A DNA stretch of 34,904 nt from NCBI GenBank assembly GCA_964244895.1, contig CAXTKV010000030.1, positions 1-34,904 on the forward strand, given 5' to 3'. The notes under the pieces are model-generated. The model saw nothing but the letters and a program-made list of their open reading frames with translations. It did no database searches and was not told the DNA's origin. This DNA comes from an uncultured Deinococcales bacterium. Lineage in GTDB: Bacteria; Deinococcota; Deinococci; Deinococcales; JAAFIG01. Position 1 is the stretch's first letter. The number at the start of each line of letters is the position of its first letter. Both the position numbers and the translations under genes were made by a program. Below are positions 9,015 to 19,645 of this stretch, in pieces.

Positions 9015-9685
9015 TTTTCAACTTCGAGGAAAAACCTTCCAGCTCGCTTTTCGTTGAGAAGATCTGGCGAAGCGAAAGCGAGCGAGCTGGCTCGTTCGCC
9101 TCGATCGCCGTGAGCCACTGCGAAATCGTCGTGACGAGGCTCGAAGGCAGGACTTCCTTGGCGGTGCGCGGCCCCGAGACCAGAGCTACGCCCGCAGACG
9201 CCCCTGCGCAGGCAGAGTTCTTCGGCATTCAGTTGAGCCTCGGCAGTTTCATGCCGCATCTACCGCCCGGTCATCTCGTGGATCGGCACGCGGCGTTGCC
9301 TGGGGCGACGAATCGCTCGTTCTGGCTCAACGATGTCGCCTGGCCGTTCCCGGAATTTGATGACGCTGAAGCCTTCGTCGAGAAGCTGGTGCGCGAGGGA
9401 TTGCTGGCTCGAGAACCCGTGGTTGAGGCCGTGTTGCAAGACCGACTGGACGACCGAGAACGCTCGTTGCGCACCGTTCAACGCCGCTTTCTCCAGGCGA
9501 CCGGACTGACCTGCCGCGCCGTGCGTCAAATCGAACGCGCCCGACGAGCGGCAGCGCTGCTGGAACGCGGCTCGAGCATTCTCGATGTCGTGTACGAACT
9601 GGGCTACACCGATCAGCCGCACCTGACCAAATCGCTCAAACACCTGATCGGACGGACGCCCGCCCGGATTGTGGCCGCGGTCTAA
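9011..9685 (+). CDS. AraC-family HTH transcriptional regulator (DUF6597-like N-terminus); probable CTG start
   Basis: C-terminal AraC HTH (SLRTVQRRFLQATGL; ELGYTDQPHLTKSLKHLIGRTP). The frame is open from 8999 and reads (L/M)IFNFEEKPSSSLFVEKIWRS, with GAGGT upstream of CTG 9011. The ORF track starts at GTG 9110. Confidence 0.8.
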   Translation: MIFNFEEKPSSSLFVEKIWRSESERAGSFASIAVSHCEIVVTRLEGRTSLAVRGPETRATPADAPAQAEFFGIQLSLGSFMPHLPPGHLVDRHAALPGATNRSFWLNDVAWPFPEFDDAEAFVEKLVREGLLAREPVVEAVLQDRLDDRERSLRTVQRRFLQATGLTCRAVRQIERARRAAALLERGSSILDVVYELGYTDQPHLTKSLKHLIGRTPARIVAAV

Positions 9686-9771
9686 ATTCTCGTCGCTGGA
9701 ATCGGCTCGAGTCAGGGACGCACCTCGAACTCGAGCCGATGCTTGAGTGCTCGAGTTCGGCGTTTGGTTGC

Positions 9772-9815
9772 TTGTCGTTTCAGTACAAGACAATTTTTTT
9801 CATCACGATTACGAT
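9772..9815 (+). promoter_or_regulatory. Putative AraC-activated promoter of the DHFR-like gene
   Basis: TTGTC-N12-GACAA inverted repeat (9772-9793) overlaps a -35-like AAGACA that lies 17 bp from a -10 TACGAT (9810-9815). Confidence 0.45.
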
Positions 9816-9885
9816 TCGTGGCGTGGTTGAGCGCGAACGCGACGAACACGTCCAGGAAAGACGTTTCAACCATAAGGAGCACACG

Positions 9886-10425
9886 ATGCGAAAAGTCATT
9901 GCCGCCGAGTACCTGAGCCTGGATGGTGTGATGGAAGAACCCCGCTGGACCGGATCGTACTGGAACGACGAACTGGCCACACTTCAGCGCGACCTCCTGT
10001 TCTCGAGCGACGCGCTCTTGCTCGGGCGCGTGACCTACCAGGGCATGTCCCAAGCCTGGCCGTCCTCGAGCGACGAACAAGGATTCGCGGACCGGATGAA
10101 CAGCTTACCCAAGCACGTCGCCACCACGACATTGACGAACCTCCAGTGGAACGCCAGCCCGATTCAGGGGGATGTAGCTGAGGAAATCCAGAAACTCAAG
10201 CAGCAACCCGGTCAGCACATTCTGATCTACGGCAGCGCCGCGCTCGTGCAATCGCTGATGCAGCGCGGCTTAATTGACGAGTACCGGTTGATGGTTTGCC
10301 CGATCGTCATCGGCAAGGGAAAGCGTTTGTTCGCGGATAGCAGCGAGGCCAAGCTCAAGCTGGTGGACACGAAAACGACGGGTGCAGGCGTGACGATCCT
10401 TTCTTACCAACCGGATAAAAACTGA
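9886..10425 (+). CDS. Dihydrofolate reductase-like (RibD C-terminal domain) protein
   Basis: ATG 9886 with AAGGAG RBS; MRKVIAAEYLSLDGVME, LLLGRVTY, GLIDEYRLMVCPIVIGKGKRLF. Confidence 0.88.
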   Translation: MRKVIAAEYLSLDGVMEEPRWTGSYWNDELATLQRDLLFSSDALLLGRVTYQGMSQAWPSSSDEQGFADRMNSLPKHVATTTLTNLQWNASPIQGDVAEEIQKLKQQPGQHILIYGSAALVQSLMQRGLIDEYRLMVCPIVIGKGKRLFADSSEAKLKLVDTKTTGAGVTILSYQPDKN

Positions 10426-10479
10426 CGACGCTCGCTCGAGCCTCCCTTTCCCGATCGCGTATCGCTCGGGGGTTCTCGA

Positions 10480-10527
10480 GAGCACCGTCCAGCGCGCAAT
10501 TTTAGATATGCGCGCTGGACGGTGTTC
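10480..10527. repeat. REP-like palindrome copy
   Basis: GAGCACCGTCCAGCGCGCA / TGCGCGCTGGACGGTGTTC. Confidence 0.9.
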
Positions 10528-10565
10528 GATTCAATCCGCAACCGACACGCCTCGTGGGAAGCGAC

Positions 10566-10592
10566 AAAAAGAGGTGGCTCGAGACCACCTCT
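10566..10592 (-). terminator. Intrinsic terminator of leuS
   Basis: AGAGGTGG-loop-CCACCTCT hairpin 17 nt past the leuS stop, followed by a T-run on the minus strand. Confidence 0.75.
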
Positions 10593-10609
10593 CCCCTGCC
10601 GTTCGCGTC

Positions 10610-13123
<2,514 letters not shown>

Positions 13124-13161
13124 GGCGTACCTCGGAAGTGCGAAAGAAATCTCGAGGGGAC

Positions 13162-13190
13162 AATAAAAATCCCCGGCGATGGGCCGGGGA
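13162..13190 (-). terminator. Attenuator terminator in the leuS leader
   Basis: Minus strand TCCCCGGC-CCATC-GCCGGGGA followed by TTTTTATT. Confidence 0.8.
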
Positions 13191-13206
13191 ACGTGACGCG
13201 CAAGAT

Positions 13207-13251
13207 TTACGCGGCGTGCGTTCCCGAGTTGTTTAGGCCAGAGCGGATCAT
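13207..13251 (-). CDS. leuS leader peptide [14 protein letters not shown] (leaderless)
   Basis: TAGACT (13258-13263), 6 nt, then ATG. A single Leu codon (CTA). Overlaps antiterminator arm GGGAACG (13219-13225), which pairs with CGTTCCC (13187-13193). Confidence 0.7.
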   Translation of the reverse strand: MIRSGLNNSGTHAA

Positions 13252-13321
13252 GCTCAAAGTCTAGCGGCTCGAGCGGGGTGGGTCAATAACGCGTTCGGCT
13301 CAGGGCGGGTTGATGGATAAA

Positions 13322-13367
13322 AACACCGTCCAGCACGCATTTTCTGATTCGCCTCCCGGACGGTGTT
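13322..13367. repeat. REP-like palindrome copy (hybrid arms)
   Basis: AACACCGTCCAGCACGC...GCCTCCCGGACGGTGTT. Confidence 0.85.
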
Positions 13368-13591
13368 GTTGCCCAAACTCGATGATTTCATCCAGCGCGT
13401 CCGCCCCGGACGCGCCGAAGCCCGCACCCGTTTCTGAATCGGGTCGGTCGGATACGGTGCGGCTTTCAACCGCTCGAGCGATCACCGGGGCGCGTTCCGT
13501 GCCGAAGCTGCCCGCGCTGCCCGAGGCCGTCTCGAGGCGTTCGTCGGCTGGAGCGGGCACTTATGAACGCGAAATGGGCGAGCACCATCCG

Positions 13592-14029
13592 TCAGTCGCC
13601 GCTGGGGACTCGAGTGGAAGCGAAGCGGGTCGTGTTCCAACCGGTCAATCCGCGCGCGAGAACATAGGCAGCGACGGTCATGGCCGCGAGAACACCGTCT
13701 ACGATGGCGATGGTGGCGGCCTCGGGGACGGCCCCGCCGATCAGCGTTGCGGCGGTGATGGCGCTGGCCAGTTTGTGAAAGATCACCAGCTCCCACACGC
13801 CCACCAAGCGCCGTAACCGGAGGGCCAGCAGCGCGAAGAGTCCCGCGAACACCAAAAATCCGTACATGCGCCACATTTCTGCCAAGACGGTCGTGGGTTT
13901 TGCGGATTGAACGGAACCGATGGCGCCGACGAAAGCGAACATCGCGCCCGACGCGGCGACAAGGAGTAAAACCCTGGCGATCTGGTCTCGAGATTTCAGG
14001 GACAGCAATGCCTCAGTTTGTCGCCTCAT
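13592..14029 (-). CDS. Hypothetical integral membrane protein (~4 TM)
   Basis: AAGGAA RBS; four hydrophobic segments; EMWRMYGFLVFAGLFALLA and WELVIFHK. Confidence 0.7.
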   Translation of the reverse strand: MRRQTEALLSLKSRDQIARVLLLVAASGAMFAFVGAIGSVQSAKPTTVLAEMWRMYGFLVFAGLFALLALRLRRLVGVWELVIFHKLASAITAATLIGGAVPEAATIAIVDGVLAAMTVAAYVLARGLTGWNTTRFASTRVPSGD

Positions 14030-14314
14030 CGGTTTTCCTTTCTTGAGCAGAAGGTTTCGCAGCGCGGGTTGGGAAATCTTTTCGTGTTCAATACCCTCGC
14101 CTCGAGCTGCTTTGCGCGTTCCGGTCGTTCAGGGTTTCGATCCCGAGCCGCGTACTCAGTATTGACGGCACGCGATCGCGCGTCTTGCGACCAAAGGACG
14201 AAGCGACGATCCACGACGATGCTCGAAGTCGCTGGGTTCGGGGTTCACATCAGTCTGAAACGGTGAACGGGCGGCGTTTCAAACTGACGAGAACCCGAGG
14301 CCGACGATTCGAGA

Positions 14315-14358
14315 ACACCGTCCGGGACGCAGATCAGAAGATGCGTCCCGGACGGTGT
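14315..14358. repeat. REP-like palindrome copy
   Basis: ACACCGTCCGGGACGCA / TGCGTCCCGGACGGTGT; perfect 17-bp arms. Confidence 0.9.
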
Positions 14359-14465
14359 CCAGGTCAGTCTCGCCGTGGCTCAGTCGCGGAAACGAATCTC
14401 GAAATGCGCGACGGGTGCGAACGTTCTGTGGCGCGTATTCTCGAGCAAGCAGTCCGGCCCGTCCT

Positions 14466-14687
14466 TCAGGCGCGTTCAGCGAAGCGAGCCGCACCGCGTT
14501 GGGCGACCGGGCTGGAGACTGAAGCCAGAATGCGTTTATTGATCTCGAGGTCGCGTTCCTCGTTCAGAACTTCGACCCATTGCTCCAGGGTGCGCCGTCC
14601 ACGCATGACGGCTTCGACGGGCACGCGGTAACTGGTGCCCTCGAGGAATCGTTTCTTGGCCCGCGTGATGTACGTGCTTTTGGGCAT
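14466..14687 (-). CDS. Small hypothetical protein (73 aa)
   Basis: Strong AAGGAGGT RBS 5 nt before ATG; basic N-terminus; plausible helical sequence. Confidence 0.65.
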   Translation of the reverse strand: MPKSTYITRAKKRFLEGTSYRVPVEAVMRGRRTLEQWVEVLNEERDLEINKRILASVSSPVAQRGAARFAERA

Positions 14688-15041
14688 GCCTGACCTCCTT
14701 GAATCGCCATTGAATCCACCTGCGCCAATCGCGTACCGTTCAACCTCGATTTCTCGAGGTTCCTCCGAACGATGCTTTCCCCTCCCCAGCGCCCGGACTG
14801 AATCCCCCGATTGCGTCCGTATCGAGTTCGTTCCAAACGGTTTCGAACCCCTTATTTCAAAATGAGTGTGCGCGGATTTCGTCGACTGAACGTCGCCTGG
14901 TGAAAAGCGTGTTCAGCTATGTCAGGAAGTTTGAGCGCGATTGAATCAACTCGGGCGGCGTCTGTCCGGCCCGTCAACATCAGCGCGCTTCAGCCCGCGA
15001 GCGAACCACGACGATGTGAATCGCATGGACACCTCGAACGA

Positions 15042-15090
15042 CCGGGACGGCATTCTCAGGGCTCAGGAATCACCGTCTGGAACGGTGTTC
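15042..15090. repeat. Degenerate REP-like copy
   Basis: CCGGGACGGCATTC...GAATCACCGTCTGGAACGGTGTTC resembles the 16965 copy. Confidence 0.55.
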
Positions 15091-15145
15091 CCGAAATCTC
15101 GAGCATTCCTCACGAGCGGTTTCGGTTTTGAGCCCTGATCAACCC

Positions 15146-16900
15146 TCAGCCGCGCTTGAACGGCAGGTAGTTCGGATACCAGAACCGGGCGCGAGCGAAG
15201 GCTTCCAGGCCAGCCGAGTCCATGCCGCGAATCTGGTATTCGGCGGCCACGCCGTCCGCCACGGCTTGGGCCATCACGCGGGTGGCCACGCGGATCGAGA
15301 CTTCGCGCAGCGTGCGGATCGGCGGGTAGACGCAGCCCGCTTCCAGGGTTTCAGCTTTGGTTTCATCGCAGAGCGTGTAGGCGGCTTCCATGACCATGTT
15401 GTCGGTGATTTCGCGGGCGCGAGAGAGGACAGCGCCGAAACCCAATCCGGGAAAAATGAAGGCGTTGTTGCCCTGCCCAATCCTGATTTTTCGACCGCGC
15501 ACGGTCGCGTCCGGGAACGGGCTGCCGGTGGCGACGATGGCCTGACCGTCCGTCCAGTTCAGCACCGCGTCCGGCGTGGCTTCGGCGTGGGCGGTCGGGT
15601 TGGACAGCGGGAAAATGATCGGTCTGGCGCGGTCGGGATCGGTATGGTGCGCGACGTTGGCGTGGACGGCGCGCACGGTGGGTTCGTCGAACAATCCCGC
15701 CTGACCGGACAGGCCCAGCAGCACGGTCGCGCCGGAATTGCGCACCGTCTCCAGGAGGTTCGGGGCGCGGTCAGAATACGTCCAGCCCGCCACGCGTTCA
15801 GGCGTTTGCGCGTAGGGGCGCTGGTGGTCCTCTAAGGTCTGATCGGTCATCAGCAGGCCCGGTTTATCCACCACGAAAACGCGGGCTTTGGCCTCGGCGG
15901 GCGTCAGTCCGGCGCGCTCCAGTCCGGTGCGGATCGCCCAGGCCACGCCGATGCCGCCCGCGCCCGCGCCGACGACCGCGAAGATCTGATCCTCGAGCCT
16001 TTCGCCTTTGAGCTTGGAGGCGTTCAGCAGTCCGGCCAGCACCATCGCGCCCGTGCCCTGAATGTCGTCGTTGAAGGACGGCACGATCTTGCGGTAGCGA
16101 TCCAGCACCTTGAAGGCCGTGCCGCGCGCGAAGTCCTCCCACTGGATGATGGCTTTCGGGTAGCGCGCCACGGTGGCCTCGACGAAACGATCCAGGAAGT
16201 TCTCGTAGGCCGCACCTTCGAGGCGTTTGTGGTGGACGCCCAGGTAGAGGGGATCGCGCACCAGTTCCTCGCGGTCCGTGCCGACATCGAGTTCCACCGG
16301 CAGGGTCTTGTCCGGCCCGACCCCACCGGCCAGCGTGTAGATGCTGAGCTTGCCGATGCTGATCGCCATGCCGCCGAAACCCTGATCGCCCAGCCCCAGG
16401 ATCGCGCTGGAATCGGTGGCCACGATCATGCGCACGTCCTCCAACGGGACGTTGGCGAGCGCCTGCTCGACGTTGTCCACGCAGGCGGTCGAGAGCGTCA
16501 GACCGCGCGGGAACCGGTAGATCTGGCTGAAGAGTTTGACGGCCTCGCCGACGGTCGGGGTGTAGATGATCGGCAGCATCTCCTCGAGGTGATCCTCCAG
16601 GAGCGCGAAGAACAGCACCTCGTTGCGGTCCTGCAGGTTGCGCAAGAAGATGTGTTTCTCGAGGTCGTTGTGCTGCAGGCCGAAGCGCCGGTACTGGCGG
16701 AGTTTTTGTTCTTCGATGGTGCTGACGTGCGGCGGCAGCAGCCCGTCGAGTTCCAGGGTGACGCGCTCCTCGCGGGTGAAGGCGGTGGATTTGTTCAGCA
16801 GGGGCAGGCGCAGCATCGGGAAACCCGTGACCGCGACCTCGAGAAACCGTTCGCCGTTGGCGTCGCGTCGGACATCGTAGTAGCGGGAAACTTTGGCCAT
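15146..16900 (-). CDS. maeA: NAD-dependent malic enzyme
   Basis: ATG 16900 (AGGGAG RBS); [61 protein letters not shown]. Confidence 0.93.
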   Translation of the reverse strand: MAKVSRYYDVRRDANGERFLEVAVTGFPMLRLPLLNKSTAFTREERVTLELDGLLPPHVSTIEEQKLRQYRRFGLQHNDLEKHIFLRNLQDRNEVLFFALLEDHLEEMLPIIYTPTVGEAVKLFSQIYRFPRGLTLSTACVDNVEQALANVPLEDVRMIVATDSSAILGLGDQGFGGMAISIGKLSIYTLAGGVGPDKTLPVELDVGTDREELVRDPLYLGVHHKRLEGAAYENFLDRFVEATVARYPKAIIQWEDFARGTAFKVLDRYRKIVPSFNDDIQGTGAMVLAGLLNASKLKGERLEDQIFAVVGAGAGGIGVAWAIRTGLERAGLTPAEAKARVFVVDKPGLLMTDQTLEDHQRPYAQTPERVAGWTYSDRAPNLLETVRNSGATVLLGLSGQAGLFDEPTVRAVHANVAHHTDPDRARPIIFPLSNPTAHAEATPDAVLNWTDGQAIVATGSPFPDATVRGRKIRIGQGNNAFIFPGLGFGAVLSRAREITDNMVMEAAYTLCDETKAETLEAGCVYPPIRTLREVSIRVATRVMAQAVADGVAAEYQIRGMDSAGLEAFARARFWYPNYLPFKRG

Positions 16901-16964
16901 GTCGCTCCCTAAAAAATGGAATGGATCGAGCATACTCTGGGCGGTCTTCGAGGCGCCACAATCA

Positions 16965-17025
16965 AGAACACCGTCCCAGACAGTGTTTTCCGTATCTCAA
17001 GGAATGCCGTCTGGGACGGTGTTCT
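16965..17025. repeat. REP-like palindrome copy (long variant)
   Basis: AGAACACCGTCCCAGAC / GTCTGGGACGGTGTTCT; perfect 17-bp arms, between divergent maeA and aat. Confidence 0.88.
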
Positions 17026-17063
17026 CTCAGCCGCGACGACTGGGCGCGAGATAAGCTCAGTCC

Positions 17064-17657
17064 GTGCCCGCCAACTTCCCGATTCAAGAGATCGTGTCCG
17101 GTTACCTGAACGGGCATTTTCTGATGGACAACGGCGCGGGGCTGGCCTGGTACTCGAGCCGACGGCGCGCGCTGATCCCGCTCGATGATCGGTTTCACAC
17201 GCCGCACAGTTTGCGCCGCGCGCTCAACGCGAATCGTTTCGAGGTGCGCATCGACGCGGATTTCGCGGGCGCGATCCAGGGTTGCCGATCCGGCGGTCGG
17301 GCCACGCGGGACGGCGAGTGGATATCGAATGAACTTTCCGATATCTACCTGGAGTTGCACCGCGCTGGCGTGGCTCACAGCTATGAAACCTGGGCGGACG
17401 GTCGGCTGGTGGGCGGCGTGCTGGGGCTAGCGTTGGGTGGCGCATTCATCGGCGAGAGCATGTTTCACGCCGTCACGGACGCATCCAAGGTGGCGCTGGT
17501 GTGTCTGGTCGATCACCTGCGGGCGCGCGGTTTCGCGCTGTTCGACGCCCAGATTCAGAACCCGCACCTGGCGCGTTTCGGCGCGTTCGAGGTGACGGAG
17601 CGCGAGTACGGGCGGCTGCTCGAGAAGGCCGTGCGGCTCGAGGCGCGTTTCGACTGA
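17064..17657 (+). CDS. aat: Leucyl/phenylalanyl-tRNA--protein transferase (leaderless GTG start)
   Basis: WIS, LHRAGVAHSYETW, LVGGVLG, GGAFIGESMFH, DASKVAL, DAQIQNPHLARFGA; TAAGCT (17052-17057), 6 nt, then GTG. Confidence 0.93.
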   Translation: MPANFPIQEIVSGYLNGHFLMDNGAGLAWYSSRRRALIPLDDRFHTPHSLRRALNANRFEVRIDADFAGAIQGCRSGGRATRDGEWISNELSDIYLELHRAGVAHSYETWADGRLVGGVLGLALGGAFIGESMFHAVTDASKVALVCLVDHLRARGFALFDAQIQNPHLARFGAFEVTEREYGRLLEKAVRLEARFD

Positions 17658-18027
17658 ACGTGGCGCGCGCAGGCTCGCTCGAGGTGTTCGCTCGGGTTTT
17701 TTTCGTGCCCATTTTCGAGGTCTCTGACCCGATCCTCCGGCGACAAAATATGAGCAATCAATGAAGGTAGCTGCTGTACCATCTGAGAGTTTTTGTGGAT
17801 GACGCGAAAAAGCCGCAAACTTGCGCTTTCGATTTTTGCGTCCCTGACAGGCTTTGTGAATTTTTCGATAAAACAGCACGGGAAGCGTAAAAAATTCGTG
17901 CGTCACCTCACATCGTAAAGTCTAACCTCCTGACAAGTACCGGATTCGGCCCCATACCTATATAGGCCGGGCGGTGCGGTCGTTGCGCATTGCGCCACAA
18001 GGCGCGCGCGCACCGGGGGGATGCACT

Positions 18028-19332
18028 ATGCCAAAAATCAGCACCGTCGGATTGGTTCTCTTCTTCGCCCTCGCGCTCGCGGCGTGCAGCACCACGCCGA
18101 CCCCAGGGTCCGCAGGAACGACACCGCCACCCGCCACAGCACCCGCGACCCCAGCAGCCACACTGGGCTTCGTCAACATTCAAGACGGCCAGACGATTCA
18201 GGGCATCCTGACGCAAGCACCGGGCGCGAGCGTCAAGGGCGCGGCAGTATCAAACTTGCGGATCGAACTGTATAGACCCGACGGAAGCCAGTGGTGGACG
18301 CGCGAAGAAAAAGGCGCGCTGTCCTGCCTGACCGGGCTGACCGGCAACGTCTGCAACACCTGGACGACCACCGCCGCGCCCGACAACGAATACCGATTGC
18401 GGGCCGTGGCGACCCTGACCGACGGCTCGAGCCTGAGCGCCGAACTGCGCTTCAAGATTCGAAACCAGAACCTGCCCCCAGCGACCACCCCACCCGCGAC
18501 CACACCGCCCGCCAGCCCATCGAACCGTCCCGCCTGGAACGACGTGCGCTCCTGGATGCGCGAGGATGTCGGCTGCAACCTCAACTCGGTGCTGGCCTCG
18601 AAACTTCAGATGGTCACGATGAGCGTCAAATGCACCGGAAAGTACCTCGAGCGGGCCGACACGGATCAGCTCAAGGCCAGCGGCAAGTGGGTGCTGGCCT
18701 ACGAGGACGTGGCCGTGGCCGCGCCGTGGGACGACCGCGTCTGGCCGTCGATGGTCAACGAAAGCTCGCCCGCCATCAAGTTCAAGACCAGCTGGGGTTC
18801 GTATCTGGCGGACGTGACCAGCGACGCCTGGTTCCGCGCCGTGGAAAAAGTCGTGCGCGACGACCTGGCGCGCGGTTACGACGGCATCTGGCTGGACGAT
18901 TGCGCGGCCTTCTGGTTCGAGGGCGGCCCGACCGACGAGCGGGTATTGAAATACTCGAACATCGTCAAGCGCGTGCGCGCGCTGGTCGATTCGATCCAGC
19001 CCGGCGTCAAACTGATCTGCAACACAGACGCCAACCTGATCATCGGTAGCGTCCAGCGCAGCACGGGCTTCCTGGGGGCGCTGGACGGCATCACCATCGA
19101 AGGGTTCACTTTCCACTGCTTCGCGCCCGGCGATTGCCGCCAGAACGACCCGACCCGACGCGCCGAAGAGGAAAAATGGGCGCTCGAGGCGCAGAAACTC
19201 AGCGCTAAGATCTTCACGCTCGATTACGCCTTCAACGCCGCCGATCAACTGTTGGCCTGGACGGAATCGCGCAAACGCAGCTGGACGCCCGCCGTCAACC
19301 AGGGCAGTACGGTCGGCGTGTACATCGATTAA
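18028..19332 (+). CDS. Lipoprotein with Ig-like domain and GH114/TM1410-like (alpha-1,4-polygalactosaminidase-like) barrel
   Basis: ATG 18028; lipobox LAAC; Pro/Thr linkers; Ig-like WTTTAAPDNEYRLRAVAT; barrel motifs VLAYEDV, RGYDGIWLDD, LICN, LDGITIEG and IFTLDY. Confidence 0.68.
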   Translation: MPKISTVGLVLFFALALAACSTTPTPGSAGTTPPPATAPATPAATLGFVNIQDGQTIQGILTQAPGASVKGAAVSNLRIELYRPDGSQWWTREEKGALSCLTGLTGNVCNTWTTTAAPDNEYRLRAVATLTDGSSLSAELRFKIRNQNLPPATTPPATTPPASPSNRPAWNDVRSWMREDVGCNLNSVLASKLQMVTMSVKCTGKYLERADTDQLKASGKWVLAYEDVAVAAPWDDRVWPSMVNESSPAIKFKTSWGSYLADVTSDAWFRAVEKVVRDDLARGYDGIWLDDCAAFWFEGGPTDERVLKYSNIVKRVRALVDSIQPGVKLICNTDANLIIGSVQRSTGFLGALDGITIEGFTFHCFAPGDCRQNDPTRRAEEEKWALEAQKLSAKIFTLDYAFNAADQLLAWTESRKRSWTPAVNQGSTVGVYID

Positions 19333-19381
19333 ATTGGGTGGCGTATCCCGTACTGCGGATGCTCGAGGCTCGAGACAAGCA

Positions 19382-19640
19382 GAACACCGTCCAGCACGCA
19401 AGATTGAATTCGAGTGCTGGACGGTGTTCGTCGAGATCAAACTTTTGGCGAACCTCGAGACGATCGCAGCCATCGAGGGTTTTTGAAGTGGCGAACGCTC
19501 TGTTCGCCCCCGGTGGGAACGGTGTCCCTGGATCGAGGTTCAGTCGCACGAGATGCTCGAGCGTTGCGCCATCATTTCGCACCAGACTCAGGAACACCGT
19601 CTGGTACACGAATTCAATCTTGCGTGCTCGACGGTGTTCC
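19382..19640. repeat. Inverted REP doublet (copies at 19382-19429 and 19591-19640)
   Basis: The loops are reverse complements of each other: GCAAGATTGAATTCG and CGAATTCAATCTTGC; a half-site lies near 19512-19527. Confidence 0.85.
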
Positions 19641-19645
19641 CGCCA

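Noticed and set aside
13124..13320. T-box riboswitch upstream of leuS
   Set aside because: No T-box consensus or stem I, and the leader is too short; a leader-peptide attenuator explains the structure.
13300..13560. 86-aa minus-strand ORF
   Set aside because: No RBS, no recognisable motif, and it runs through a REP; cannot be supported.
17790..17860. c-di-GMP-I riboswitch suggested by GGGACGCAAA on the minus strand
   Set aside because: Lacks the upstream GGCAAAC/GNRA stem in the right order and is antisense to the downstream gene.
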